64,000 nucleotides of DNA from Mustelus asterias (taxonomy: Eukaryota). The stretch spans positions 19,158,001 through 19,222,000 of the forward strand of contig NC_135830.1 of NCBI RefSeq assembly GCF_964213995.1, given 5' to 3'. The position numbers and the translations under genes were made by a program. The notes under the pieces were generated by a model. That model saw nothing but the letters and a program-made list of their open reading frames with translations. It had not been told where the DNA came from and made no database searches. Below are positions 49,474 to 61,322 of the stretch, piece after piece. Every line of letters begins with the position of its first letter. The stretch's first letter is position 1.

Positions 49474-50158
49474 TGAGTGAGTAATATACATTGTGTATTA
49501 TTGAATAGCTGGGGTCCCAGTACTGATCCTTGTGGTGCACCACTACTCACTGTCTGCCAATTGGAAACTTACCCATTCATTTATTCTGTTTGTCTCCTGT
49601 CCGACAACAAGTTCTCTATCCATTTCAATGCACAACCCCTGTTTCTGCCTCATTGTGATGATGACTACATTCAAGAAGGTCTTGATTGGTTAAAAAGCGT
49701 ATCGTGAAGTGCGCTGGTCGTAAACGGCGCTGTATAAATTCAAATCTGTCTTTCTTAAGTTAACTTCAATCCCAGCCCTCTGGTTACTGAACCCAGGTAA
49801 AACGGTTCCTCATTATCTGCTCCATCAAAACACTTGTCCCCGACATATAATATTGAGCAGTATCATGAAGTATCTGTTTAATCTTCTTTGCTCCAAATGG
49901 AACGATTCCGGTCTCTATAATCTTTCCACAGAACCTCCTCATCCCTAGACGTGATGCAAAGTGGAGGTTTGAGCCGTTTCGAACTTGGGAGTTGCTTGCA
50001 TATAAAGGGGGTATGGTAACCCCTGCATTATAGAACCTTGTTTTACGGAATTATAATTCAGCTGAAAAACTTTGCCACGCGGCAGAGAAATTGATCGAAC
50101 ATTAGAATCAAAAAACTGCATTCATCTCAATTATTGTATATTTCTCCACAACCTACGG

Positions 50159-50700
50159 GGACACGGTGGAACAGTGGTTAACACTGCTGTCTCACAGCTC
50201 CAAGGACCTGCATTCGATTCCCAGCTTGGGTCCCTGTCTGGCTGGAGTTTGCACATTCTCCCCGTGTCTGCGTGTGTTTCCTGCGGCTGCTTTGGTCCCC
50301 TCCCACAATGCAAAGGTATGCGGATAATGTTGATTCGCCATGCTAAATTGCCCCTTAGTATCCCAAGCTGCGTATTTGAGAGGGATTATCTGGGGAAACA
50401 GGGATAGGGCCTGTGTGGGATTGTGGTCGGTGCAGACTCGATGGACTGAATGGCTTCCTTCTGCACTGTAGAGTTTCTATGATGCTACTAACTGTGCATT
50501 TTACAGAATATCATTCAAAACTTGGGGAATTTCATAGAATCCCCACAGTGCAATAGGAGACCATTCGGCCCATCGACCTTGCACCAACAACAACCCCACC
50601 CAGGCCATATCCACGTAACCCCATGTATTTATCCTGCTAATCCCCCTAACACTAAGGGACAATTTAGCATGGCCAATCAACCTAACCTGCTCATTTTTGT
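50159..50700. mobile_element. Diverged V-SINE (+, 50159-50485) and the 3' half of another (-, ~50532-50700), tail to tail
   Basis: Head, V-domain and tail similarity to the other copies. Confidence 0.85.
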
Positions 50701-51004
50701 AATGTAAATGTCACAAGGCTGTGTTATAACGTAATCCATTACATATTTTGGAATGAAGTGTGAGGGGCTACAGGAGCTTACTAAAGAAGGAAATCAGGAG
50801 GGGTAAAGGAGGGCACGAGATAACTTTGGCTGAGATGATTAGGGTGAATGTAATGAGATTTTAAAAGCATATGAAAGAAAGAAAATAACTAGAGAGAGAA
50901 TAGGACCCCCCCCCCCCCCCCCCCCCAAGGACAGAAGTCGGCACATATGTATGGAACCGCAGGAGATGTTCTTTGTTCTTTGTTCCTTGGGACAATTTAT
51001 ATGA

Positions 51005-51375
51005 CTTGATTTGGTTTGTTATTGTCACATGTATTATTGTGCATTGAAAGGTATTGTGTTCTGCGCGCTATACAGACAAAGCCTAGCGTTCATAGAGAAG
51101 GAAAGGAGAGAGTGCAGAAAGTAGTGTTACAGTCATAACCGGGGTGTAGAGAAAAATCAACTTAGTGCGAGGTAGATCCATTCAAGAGTCTAATGGCAGC
51201 AGGGAAGAAGCTTTTTTTTGTGTCGGTTGGTCCGAGTCCTCAGACTTTGTATCTTTATCCCGAAGGAAGACAGTGGAAAAGAGTCCGTCCGCGGTGCGTG
51301 GGGTCCTTGATTAGACTGGCTGCTTTTCCGAGGCAGCAGAAAGTGCAGATAGAGTCAATTGGTGGGAGGCTATTC
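51005..51375 (-). mobile_element. 3' end of a Rex1/Babar-type LINE
   Basis: LPPIDSI..CLGKAASLIKDPTH..LF..LPSG (ORF 51255..51440) followed by a TGTGACAATAA tail. Confidence 0.75.
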
Positions 51376-51731
51376 CTCATCCTGAGAGAGTTTGAATACT
51401 GTTTTGCTCCTTTCAAACAGGAGAATGCAATAACTACCAACTTTCTCAGTTTTTTGACTGTTTGCTGTGTGTTGCCTTGTAAGTTTCACAGAAGCCACAG
51501 GGATGAGATTGAAAAATTGAGACGAGATTCCAGTTTTGAAAATTAAAAGTTGCGCATGAGCAGCTTGTGAGGCTATTTCAGCTAAGTGTTGATTTCATGT
51601 TCCAGCCGACAGCTATCGATGCTGTCATTGGTTGACGAGGTTACTTGTATTATATCTGAACATGACATCCCGGAGAAGAAACGTGTATCTGGTGATAGAG
51701 ATCTCAGGATAAGCGAACCAACGTGTAACCG

Positions 51732-51802
51732 TCCCGGGTGGTCTAATGGCTCGAATTTGTGCTTTCAGCTCCGCGGCCCGGGTTCATTTCGCGGTCAGGT
51801 CC
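51732..51802 (+). pseudogene. tRNA-Glu(TTC) pseudogene
   Basis: TCCCGGGTGGTCTAATGGCT..GCTTTCA..CCGCGGCCCGGGTTC..CGGTCAGG aligns to vertebrate tRNA-Glu with broken stems. Confidence 0.75.
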
Positions 51803-52064
51803 TGCTAATCTGGTCCACGAAACTGTTCAATTCACTCCCGAAGTAAAACAGCTCAGCCGGAATCAGTGGAGTGAGAGGTGCTGTTTTATGTCAGAGCTGA
51901 AAATGTTACAGGGTTCCAAATGTCGAAAAAGAAAGAGACAGAAATAGAGGGAAAGTGACAGGCTGCAAAGCGACAGAGATTTTGACGCAAAGTAATGTCT
52001 GGATGATAATGGGTCAGGTTTTGCAGTTTACACTGACAGAAATATCTCTCAGACCTCAGATAAA

Positions 52065-53206
52065 ATAAATTTATTTATTAGTCACAAGTAAGACGTACAT
52101 TAACACTGCAATGAATTTACTGTGAAATTCCCCTAGCCGCCACAGTCCGGATCAATGCACCGAACCAAAGAACAAAGAACAAAAAACAATACAGCACAGG
52201 AACAGGCCCTTCGGCCCTCCAAACCCACGCCGCTCCCTGGTCCAAATTAGACCATTCTTTTGCATCCCTCCATTCCCACTCCGTTCATGTGGCTAGCTAG
52301 ATAAGTCTTAAACGTTCCCAGTGTGTCCGCCTCCACCACCTTGCCTGGCAGCGCATTCCAGGCCCCCACCACTCTCTGTGTAAAATATGTCCTTCTGATA
52401 TCTGTGTTAAACCTCCCCCCCTTCACCTTGAACCTATGACCCCTCGTGAACGTCACCACTGACCTGGGGAAAAGCTTCCCACCGTTCACCCTATCCATGC
52501 CTTTCATAATTTTATACACCTCTATTAAGTCTCCCCTCATCCTCCGTCTTTCCAGGGAGAACAGCCCCAGTTTACCCAATCTCTCCTCATAACTAAGCCC
52601 CTCCATACCAGGCAACATCCTGGTAAACCTCCTCTGTACTCTCTCTAAAGCCTCCACGTCCTAGTGGTAGTGTGGCGACCAGAACTGGACGCAGTATTCC
52701 AAATGCGGCCGAACCAACGTTCTATACATCTGCAACATCAGACCCCAACTTTTATACTCTATGCCCCGTCCTATAAAGGCAAGCGTGCCATATGCCTTCT
52801 TCACCACCTTCTCCACCTGTGACGTCACCTTCAAGGATCTGTGGACTTGCACACCCAGGTCCCTCTGCGTATCTACACCCTTTATGGTTCTGCCATTTAT
52901 CGTATAGCTCCTCCCTACATTATTTCTACCAAAATGCATCACGTCGCATTTATCTGGATTGAACTCCATCTGCCATTTCTTTGCCCAAATTTCCAGCCTA
53001 TCTATATCCTTCTGTAGCTTCTGACAATGCTCCTCACTATCTGCACATCTTTCAGACTGTGGGAGAAAACCGGACCACCAGGAAGAAGCCCACGCAGACA
53101 CGGGAAGAAGGTGCAAACTCCACACAGACAGTGATCCAAGCCGAAAATCAAACCCAGATCCCTGGTGCTGTGAGGCAGCAGTGCTAACCATTATGCCACC
53201 GTGCCG
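52065..53206 (-). mobile_element. V-SINE with a non-CR1 (Rex1/L2-like) tail, split by a CR1
   Basis: Head and V-domain at 53041-53206. Tail ...TTGCAGTGTTAATGTA..CTTGTGACTAATAAATAAA at 52065-52166. Confidence 0.75.
52167..53045 (-). mobile_element. Young 5'-truncated CR1 (TTTGTTC-tail family)
   Basis: ORFs 52247..52657 and 52661..53191, nearly identical to 13056-13896. Confidence 0.95.
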
Positions 53207-53477
53207 TATCGGGTGAAATTGTAGGAAGGAGTCTCTCTGAACTTACTCAGTCAAATGGTCACAGGAGCTGAACACAAGGGGAGAAGCTCAGAGAAATTTT
53301 CACTCACTCGGGTCTTCTGTAAATGCTTCTCGGAAGTTTATTGCGCGGGATACAATCTACCAGCGTTTTTCAGAGCCTGTGCTCGATGTATTGTGAGGTT
53401 TCATTCGGGTTGGAGTATCTTGTGTCCCAGGGATGGGCAGGAACCCGCTAATTGGAGCTGCAGTCTCCGTTTTCGAG

Positions 53478-55442
53478 GATTCGAGAACCGTGGATAACCA
53501 GGGAAATTGAGGGACTGGTCAAAAAGAAAAGAGAGGCGTATGGTAGGTCCAGGCAGCTAAAAACGGAGGGAGCTCTGGAGGAGTACAAAGAAAGTAGGAA
53601 AGAACTTAAACGGGGAATTAGAAGAGCAAAAAGGGGTCACGAAATGATCTTGGCAGACAGGATTAAGGAGAATCCCAAAGCATTTTATTCATACGTTAGG
53701 AACAAAAGGGTTGTCAGGGAAAAAATCGGACCTCTCAGGGACAAAAGTGGGGAATTATGCTTGGAGCCCAAAGAAGTAGGGGAGATCCTAAATGAATACT
53801 TTGCGTCGGTATTCACAAAGGAGAGGGATGTGTTGACTGGGAGTGTCTCGGAGGGGAGTGTTGAACCGTTGGAGAAAATCTCCATTACAAAGGAGGAAGT
53901 GTTAGGTTTGTTAGAGAATTTAAAGACTGACAAATCCCCAGGGCCTGATGGAATCTATCCAAGGCTGCTCAGGGAGACGAGCGGTGAAATCGCTGGGCCT
54001 CTGACGCAAATCTTTGTCTCTTCACTGGACGCAGGTGAGGTCCCAGAGGATTGGAGGATAGCTAATGTGGTCCCGTTATTTAAGAAGGGTAGGAAGGATA
54101 ACCCGGGTAATTATAGGCCGGTGAGCTTGACGTCCGTGGTGGGGACGTTGTTGGAGAAGATTCTTAGAGATAGGATGTATGCGCATTTAGAAAGGAATAA
54201 ACTCATTAACGATAGTCAGCATGGTTTTGTGAGAGGGAGGTCATGCCTCACTAACCTGGTGGAGTTTTTTGAAGAAGTGACCAGAATGGTTGACGAGGGA
54301 AGGGCCGTGGATGTCGTCTATATGGACTTTAGTAAAGCGTTTGACAAAGTCCCTCATGGTAGGCTGGTGTAAAAGGTTGGATCTCATGGGATAAAGGGGG
54401 AGGTGGCTAGATGGGTGGAGAACTGGCTTGGTAGTGGAAGGGTCTTTTTCCGGCTGGATGCCTGTGACTAGTGGTGTTCCGCAGGGCTCTGTATTGGGAC
54501 CTCTGCTGTTTGTGATTTATATAAATGATCTGGAAGAAGGTGTAACTGGGGTGATCAGTAAGTTTGCGGACAACACAAAATTGGCAGGACATGCAGATAG
54601 TGAGGAGCATTGTCAGAAGCTACAGAAGGATATAGATAGGCTGGAAATTAGGGCAAAGAAATGGCAGATGGAGTTCAATCCAGATAAATGCGAAGTGATG
54701 CGTTTTGGTAGAAATAATGTAGGGAGGCGCTATATGATAAATAGCAGAACCATAAAGGGTGTAGATACGCAGAGGGACCTGGGTGTGCAAGTCCACAGAT
54801 CCCTGAAAGTGACGTCACAGGTGGAGAAGGTGGTGAAGAAGGCATATGGCATGCTTGCCTTTATAGGACCGGGCATAGAGTATAAAAGTTGGGGTCTGAT
54901 GTTGCAGATGTATAGAACGTTGGTTCGGCCGCATCTGGAATACTGCGTCCAGTTCTGGTCGCCACACTACCAGAAGGACGTGGAGGCTTTGGAGAGAGTA
55001 CAGAGGAGGTTTACCAGGATGTTGCCTGGTATGGAGGGGCTTAGATATGAGGAGAGATTGGGTAAACTGGGGTTGTTCTCCCTGGAAAGACGAAGGATGA
55101 GGGGAGACTTAATAGAGGTGTATAAAATTATGAAAGGCATAGATAGGGTGAACGGTGGGAAGCTTTTCCCCAGGTCGGTGGTGACGTCCACGAGGGGTCA
55201 TAGGTTCAATGTGAAGGGGGGGAGGTTTAACACAGATATCAGACAGACATATTTTACACAGAGGTGGTGGAGGCGGACACACTGGGAATGTTTAAGACTT
55301 ATCTAGACAGCCATATGAACGGAGTGGGAATGGAGGGATACAAAAGAATGGTCTAGTTTGGACCAGGGAGCGGCGCGGGCTTGGAGGGCCGAAGGGCCTG
55401 TTCCTGTGCTGTATTGTTCTTTGTTCTTTGTTCTTTGTTTTC
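53478..55442 (+). mobile_element. Young 5'-truncated CR1 (TTTGTTC-tail family)
   Basis: ORFs 53452..54372 and 54428..55306, and a (TTTGTTC)n tail. Confidence 0.95.
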
Positions 55443-55587
55443 TGCCGGCAGAGGGCGATTGGAGAGTGGGGGGTCAAATCCTGATTATTGTCTCCTTTTC
55501 TTCTAACAAAATACAGCACTGCAAACATTAACTGCTTTCAATCCATCAAGGGGTTTTTGTCTAACTAACCAAAATGACAAATTATTT

Positions 55588-55668
55588 CAACAGCAATGAG
55601 ATTCTAACCCAGCCTCCCTACAAACTGGGCAGAAAAAAAGCGCCTTAGACCACTGAATCACAGCAGCG
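55588..55668 (-). pseudogene. Highly decayed tRNA-Leu pseudogene
   Basis: AGTGGTCTAAGGCGCT, long variable arm and TGGGTTAGAATCTCATTGCTG. The anticodon is unreadable. Confidence 0.6.
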
Positions 55669-55899
55669 CTTCGAAACTGACGAAAACTACTGCACTGAGT
55701 GATAAGGGCGATGAGATACAACTTGGAAAGAGGAATAGAACATTTTACCGAAGCTCCTTGTAATTGTTGTCAAAATATTGCTTCCCTCCTATTTAATGGA
55801 AGACTAATTCTCTATCTCACTCCAGAGACGCTCAGGACATTGTTTCATTCAATGAGAAATTCCTCTTCACTGTGACAGTTCACACAGCGGCAAGAAATA

Positions 55900-55965
55900 A
55901 TTGTGCCATGGCGGGAAACAAACAACAGTGAAAGCGCTGAATCCTAATCATTAGACCGCCAGGGA
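55900..55965 (-). pseudogene. tRNA-Glu(TTC) pseudogene, 3' half damaged
   Basis: TCCCTGGCGGTCTAATGATTAGGATTCAGCGCTTTCAC. Confidence 0.75.
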
Positions 55966-56499
55966 AGCAGACTGTAAACTTACCAATTTACTAAGAATCG
56001 TCGGTTCATTCATGTTGTTCAGGAGACGTACCACGATAAGGTTTGTAACATGGTGATGTTAATACTGCTCTTTGAATTTGGTGCGCTGCATTGAAATCGC
56101 ATGCAGCGGATTGCTTCATTATTCATTGTGACAAGAGGAACCAGCACAGGCAATGTAAATATACATTTCTGAGGGCAATTAATGTGATTGAGGAAATGGG
56201 CGGATTTTTCTCCCTGCTGTTCAAACTGGCATAAGTATCAATCCTATTTTCGATCTGGAATTAATTCCAGCTCCTCTTAATTCATGCGCCGCAGGAGAGC
56301 AGTTGGTGTCACACAAGAACAACCATTCGACTGGAGTCTGGCAACTATTGAGCAGGTGTGCATGTGTGTGTTCATGTCTGTCCGTATATGTGCGTGAGTT
56401 TGAATGTATGTGCGTGTGTGTGTATTGTGTGGGTGCCTGTGTGTGCTTTGGGAGAAAAGCGTCGTGCCAAAGGCCAGGGTTCTGTCAATTCCATAGTGT

Positions 56500-56654
56500 G
56501 GAGTTGCCGGCGTTGGACCGTGGTAGGCACAGTAAGTAGACTCACAATACCACAATATCAGGTGAGTGAGGTGATGAAAGAGCAGTGCTCCGAAATCTCG
56601 TGCTACCAAATAAACTTGTTGGACTTTAATCTGGTGTTGTGAGAATACTTATGG
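56500..56654. mobile_element. Two-armed PLE pseudo-LTR derivative inserted at the 5' end of a tRNA-Gln
   Basis: 11-bp TSD TTCCATAGTGT (56489-56499, 56655-56665) and a decayed hammerhead at ~56571-56602. Confidence 0.8.
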
Positions 56655-56724
56655 TTCCATAGTGTAAAGGGTAGCACTCTGGGCTTTGAATCCAGCGATG
56701 CAAGTTCGAATCGTTATGGAACCA
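56653..56724 (+). pseudogene. tRNA-Gln(TTG), probable pseudogene
   Basis: GGTTCCA/TGGAACC acceptor stem and CTGGG-CTTTGAA-TCCAG anticodon arm, but the T-stem GCAAG/CGTTA is mispaired. Confidence 0.82.
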
Positions 56725-56769
56725 CTATTCCCATCACCCCATCTCTTGTTTCAACTGGACGAGACGGAA

Positions 56770-57446
56770 AAACCCAGTCTGCAGGTGCAACAGGTGATCA
56801 AGAAGGCAAATGGGATGTTGGCCTATATCGCAAGGGGGATATAAAAGCAGAGATGTCTTGCTGCATCTGTACAGGGCATTGGTGAGGCCGCAGCTGGAAT
56901 ACTGTGTGCAGTATTGGTCCCCTTATTTGCGGAAGGATATATTGGCCTTGGAGGGAGTGCAGAGAAGGTTCACCAGGTTGATACCAGAGATGAGGGGTGT
57001 TGATTATCAGGAGAGATTGAGCAGATTGGGTTTGTACTCGTTGGAATTTAGAAGGCTGAGGGGGGATCTTATAGAGACCTACAAGATAATGAAGGGGCTG
57101 GATAGGGTAGAGGTGGAGAGATTCTTTCCACTTAGAAAGGAAGCTAGAACTAGAGGGCACAGTCTCAAAATAAAGGGGGAGTCAGTTTAGGACAGAGTTG
57201 AGGAGGAACGTGTTCTCTCAGAGAGTGGTGAATCTCTGGAATTCTCTGCCCACTGAAGTGGTGGAAGCTACCTCGTTGAATATGTTTAAATCACGGATAG
57301 ATGGATTCCTGATCGGTAAGGGAATTAGGGGTTATGGGGATCAGGCGGGTAAGTGGAACTGATCCGCTTCAGACCAGCCATGATCTTATTGAATGGCTCG
57401 AGGGGCTAGATGGCCTACTCCTGCTCCTATTTCTTATGTTCTTATG
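56770..57446 (+). mobile_element. 5'-truncated copy of the full-length CR1 family
   Basis: Close match to ~12355-13050. Confidence 0.93.
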
Positions 57447-57681
57447 TGAGTGCAGGACACCCGGTCCTCTGTGGATATTCTGTCTGAGCGCTTTGTACAA
57501 ATGAACAATCATCCTCTGGGGCTGTTGCAACAAAGCCAGCGGAGGCATTCACTGCAGCGTCTGCAGTGTGATTGCGGTGGAATTTGCTGGAATTTCCTCA
57601 GTGTTTAAAATTCCACTTTCTGAGAATCTTATCTAAAAACGCCCCTTAGCAAAGCAATCTTCGCTTTAGCAAAGAGAAAAA

Positions 57682-57753
57682 AGGTTCCGTCGAGATTTGA
57701 ACTCGGATCACGAGATTCAGAGTCTGGAGTGCTCATCATGACATCACAAAACC
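57682..57753 (-). pseudogene. tRNA-Gln(CTG), probable pseudogene, with a T-run terminator
   Basis: B box GTTCAAATC intact, D-loop GG lost, mismatches in the D, anticodon and T stems. TTTTT follows at 57681-57677. Confidence 0.82.
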
Positions 57754-58335
57754 CCCAACGCTGGCACCCCTGCAAATGGTCAGTCAAAGCATTAGACTTC
57801 TTTCATTCAATGAGGCAGCAACAGTAAATGTAACAACAATGCGTCGTTATGCGCCACCATTGAAATGCGAAAAGCTCGCCCCCAAAACTAGAGCAAATCA
57901 TTTCATCCCAAGCCATATCGGGAGGTTTCAGCAGAAATATTCATGTTTCACAGGGGCAAGTGCCCAGTTACAAAGTCAAACAGGAACGGCCCTTCAATCC
58001 ATCGCACCGGTCAAACAACCACCTCGCCAATGTTTGTATAATTCGCGAAATTACACATCAAGCCTGCTAGATTCAAATCTGAATCTTTGGTATAAACCAC
58101 AGATGTAAGGGCCCCCCATCACTGATCCCTTCGGGACCGCACTGGACATCAGCTTCCTTTGGGAAAACAGCCCTCCACCATCACCCTCTGCTCCTTGCCA
58201 CTCAGACAATTCCGGATCGAATCTGCAAAATGTCCTTGGCTCCCATCGATCGCAGTGCATAATAGTACATTGTTGTCACATTTGCTGTTGCTGCCACATT
58301 GAATGAAAGAAGTCAAATGCTTTGGGCGACCATAG

Positions 58336-58677
58336 GGGCGGCACGGTAGCACAGTGGTTAGCACTGCTGCTTCACAGCTCCAGGGACCTGGGTTCAGTTC
58401 CCGGCTTGGGTCACTGCCTGTGTGGAGTTTGCACATTCTCCTCGTGTCTGCGTGGGTTTCCTCCGGGTGCTCCGGTTTCCTCCCACAGTCCAAAGATGTG
58501 CGGGTTAGGTTGATTGGCCATGCTAAAATTGCCCTTAGTGTCCTGAGATGCATAGGTTAGAGGGATTAGTGGGTGGATATGGGGGTAGGGCCTGGCTGGG
58601 ATTGTGGTCGGTGCAGACTCGATGGGCCGAATGGCCTCTTTCTGCACTGTAGGGTTTCTATGATCAACTTCTATGAT
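58336..58677 (+). mobile_element. HE1-type V-SINE inserted ~20 bp upstream of a tRNA-Gln
   Basis: Full head, V-domain and tail. Confidence 0.93.
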
Positions 58678-58695
58678 TTGCAGCTGCCGACGTTT

Positions 58696-58767
58696 GGCTC
58701 TGTGATGTAATGGTGAGCACTTTGGATTCTGAATCCAGTGATCCGAGTTCAAACCTCAGTGAATCCT
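58696..58767 (+). pseudogene. tRNA-Gln(CTG), probable pseudogene
   Basis: GATGTAATGGTGAGCAC..TTCTGAATCCAG..CCGAGTTCAAACCTCAG, with a mispaired acceptor stem. Confidence 0.82.
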
Positions 58768-59013
58768 TGCTTTGCCATGACTGATTTGCTGAACGGCATT
58801 TCGCTTAAACTTCTTATAAAATACGAATCGAGACAATTTGTCTGCCAGTTAAACTGCTATTACAATGCACATTGCTGAGCCACTGGCGCCAGATGCCTGC
58901 AACATCGTTTTTTAAAAATCTTGTTGTTCCTCTTTATCACCTCTGTTGAAAAAAAATGTCTAGTTTGTGTCACACAACAACCATTCGATTGGAGTCTGGC
59001 AATTATTGAGCAA

Positions 59014-59287
59014 GTGTGTGTGAGTGTATGTGTGTGTATGTGGCTGTGTGTGCGTGATTGTGCGCGTGTATGTGTGTGTGATAGTTTGTGTGATTGTGTG
59101 CGTGTATGTGTCTGTGTATGATTGTGTGCTATGTGTGTGTTTGTGATTGTGCGCGTGTATGTGTGTGTGATTGTGTGCGTGTATGTGTCTGTGTATGATT
59201 GTGTGCTATGTGTGTGTTTGTGATTGTGCGCGTGTATGTGTGTGTGTGTGTGTGTGATTTTCTGCGTGTGTGTGTGTGTGTGTGTGT
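59014..59287. repeat. (TG)n microsatellite (the homologous tract is at 56356-56446)
   Basis: Seen directly, with the same flanks in both units. Confidence 0.95.
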
Positions 59288-59327
59288 TCATGGGAAAAAG
59301 GCGTCATGCCTTAGGCAGAGTCCTGTC

Positions 59328-59399
59328 AGTTCCATGGTGAAACAGTTAGCACTCTGGACTTTGAATTCAGCAATCCGAGTTGGAATTTCAGAGGAGCTA
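59328..59399 (+). pseudogene. tRNA-Gln(TTG) pseudogene
   Basis: AGTTCCATGGTG..TTAGCACTCTGGACTTTGAATTCAG, with the B box broken (GTTGGAAT). Confidence 0.8.
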
Positions 59400-59689
59400 C
59401 TATTTACACCGTCCCACCTCTTGTTTAAATTGGGACAGATGAGTGAGTGAGCGACGCCTGTCGGTGGACCCTCTGCCCACTGTGGCTTCTCTGCCTCTGA
59501 GAGCTTTGCATTCTTGAGCAATCGTTCTCTGGTGATGATGCAATGACCCCAGGAGAGTCATTCGCTGCATCGTCTGCAATGTGATTGCGGTGGGATTGGC
59601 TGAAATTTCCTCAGTGTTTAAAATTCCACTTTCTGAGAATTTTAAATAAAATGCCCTTCAGCAAACCAATCATCGGCTTCAGCAAAACA

Positions 59690-59762
59690 ACTTTCCACCG
59701 AGGTTTGAACTCGGATCGCTGGATTCGGAGTCCAGAGTGCTCATCGTTACACCAGTGAAGCC
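59690..59762 (-). pseudogene. tRNA-Gln-body gene with a CCG anticodon, probable pseudogene
   Basis: Perfect CTGGA-CTCCGAA-TCCAG and CCGAG-TTCAAAC-CTCGG arms, but the top three acceptor pairs are broken. Confidence 0.8.
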
Positions 59763-60019
59763 AGAAGCCCGCAGCAAGTGGTCACTCAAAGCATTTGACC
59801 TCTTTCATTCATGTGGCAGCAACAGCAAGTGTGACAACAATGTGTTGTTATGCGCTGCCATTGATATGCTAAACATTCAGAAGTCACTGCTCCCAGATCA
59901 ACAGCATATTATTTCATCTAAAGCCGTATTGGGAGATATTAGCAGAAATAGTCATGTTACACAGAAACGGCTGTTCGGCCGATCGAGTCTTTTGACTGTG
60001 CTGAGCTGCCAGTTACGGC

Positions 60020-60342
60020 GTTCATAGAATCATAGTAGCCATAAAGAGCATTGAGCCCCTTGAGGCTTTGACAGAGCATCCTTCCAATGCAACGACGCTC
60101 TGACAGAGCCGTCCCCCCCCCCCAACCCAGTAACCCCACACATGCTAAATCTTGGGGACAACGGGGGTCCAGTTTGCCATGGCTAATCCACCAAGCCTGT
60201 ACGTCTTTGTGGGAGGAAACCGGAGCACCCGGAGTAAACCCACGCAAAGACGGGGAGAATGTGCAACACAGACGGTGACCCGAGCCGGGAATCGAACCCA
60301 TGTCTGTGGCGCTCTGACGTGTAGCGGTGCCACCGTGCCGCC
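60020..60342 (-). mobile_element. Older V-SINE subfamily
   Basis: GGTTCGATTCCCGGCTCGGGTCAC head, V-domain and ATTCTATGA tail. Confidence 0.82.
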
Positions 60343-60379
60343 CAGTTCAATTGGAGGTAGTTGCTGCGTCCAACAGCGA

Positions 60380-60731
60380 TTCATAGAATCGTAGAAATCA
60401 TAGAAACCCTACAGTACAGAAAGAGGCCATTCGGCCCATCGAGTCTGCACCGACCACAAACCCACCCAGGTCCTCCCCCCATATATTTACCCACTAATCC
60501 CTCTAACCTACGCATCGCACGACACTAAGGGCAATTTTTTTTAGCATGGCCAATCAACCTAACCCGCACATCTTTGGACTGTGGGAGGAAACCGGAGCAC
60601 CCGGAGGAAACCCACGCAGACACGAGGAGAATGTGCAAACTCCACACAGACAGTGACCCAAGCCGGGAATCGAACCCAGGTGCCTGGAGCTGTGAAGCAG
60701 CAGTGCTAACCACTGTGCTACCGTGCCGCCC
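60380..60731 (-). mobile_element. HE1-type V-SINE
   Basis: Full head, V-domain and tail. Confidence 0.93.
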
Positions 60732-61283
60732 ACGGTATATTCCTTCCATATTTCTTACACAGCTGACCTCGGTATGGACATGCACTGAATTATCCTGATT
60801 TGAAGGTCAGCACAAGTCCATGGAGATGCAGCTCGCTCACTGCTGAAACATTACTGGCCAGTGAAGCAACCATCCAACCAGGAAATCTGACTGCGAGTAA
60901 AAATGTTTTCAAATCATTTGGACGATGCTCACGCAGTCTTGGCTTAATCGAAAAAAACGTCATTATTCATTAAAACATATGTAAAATCAACCGCTCCCTT
61001 ATATTAAAAGCATTTTTGACATTTTGTTTGATATAGTGCCTGATAGATCTTAATTTGACTTTGGATTTCTGACTGGGGGAAAAGAATATCGAACTCAATC
61101 CACTGTACAGACAGTTGCGGATTCGATGGGGATTCCGATATTGTTTGCAACGAAAGTATTTCTGAAGAGCTCTGTTGTGTTTGTCCTGTGATAGTTGCAT
61201 CACATCGTATATCCATGAATATTCCTCTCATCGTGAGTCTGCCCAACCGCATGTCGAGCTGAGCTCAGTGTCACAGACCCTGC

Positions 61284-61322
61284 AGTTATTGCACGAGCGT
61301 TCAGCAGGTTGGTATCGCTGTG
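61284..61322 (-). promoter_or_regulatory. 23-RSS of the V pseudogene
   Basis: CACAGCG (61322-61316), 23-nt spacer, GCAATAACT (61292-61284). Confidence 0.88.

Noticed and set aside
55552-55600. GGTTTTTGT nonamer as a J or D RSS
   Set aside because: No GTG-ending heptamer at 12 or 23 nt and no FGxG motif downstream.
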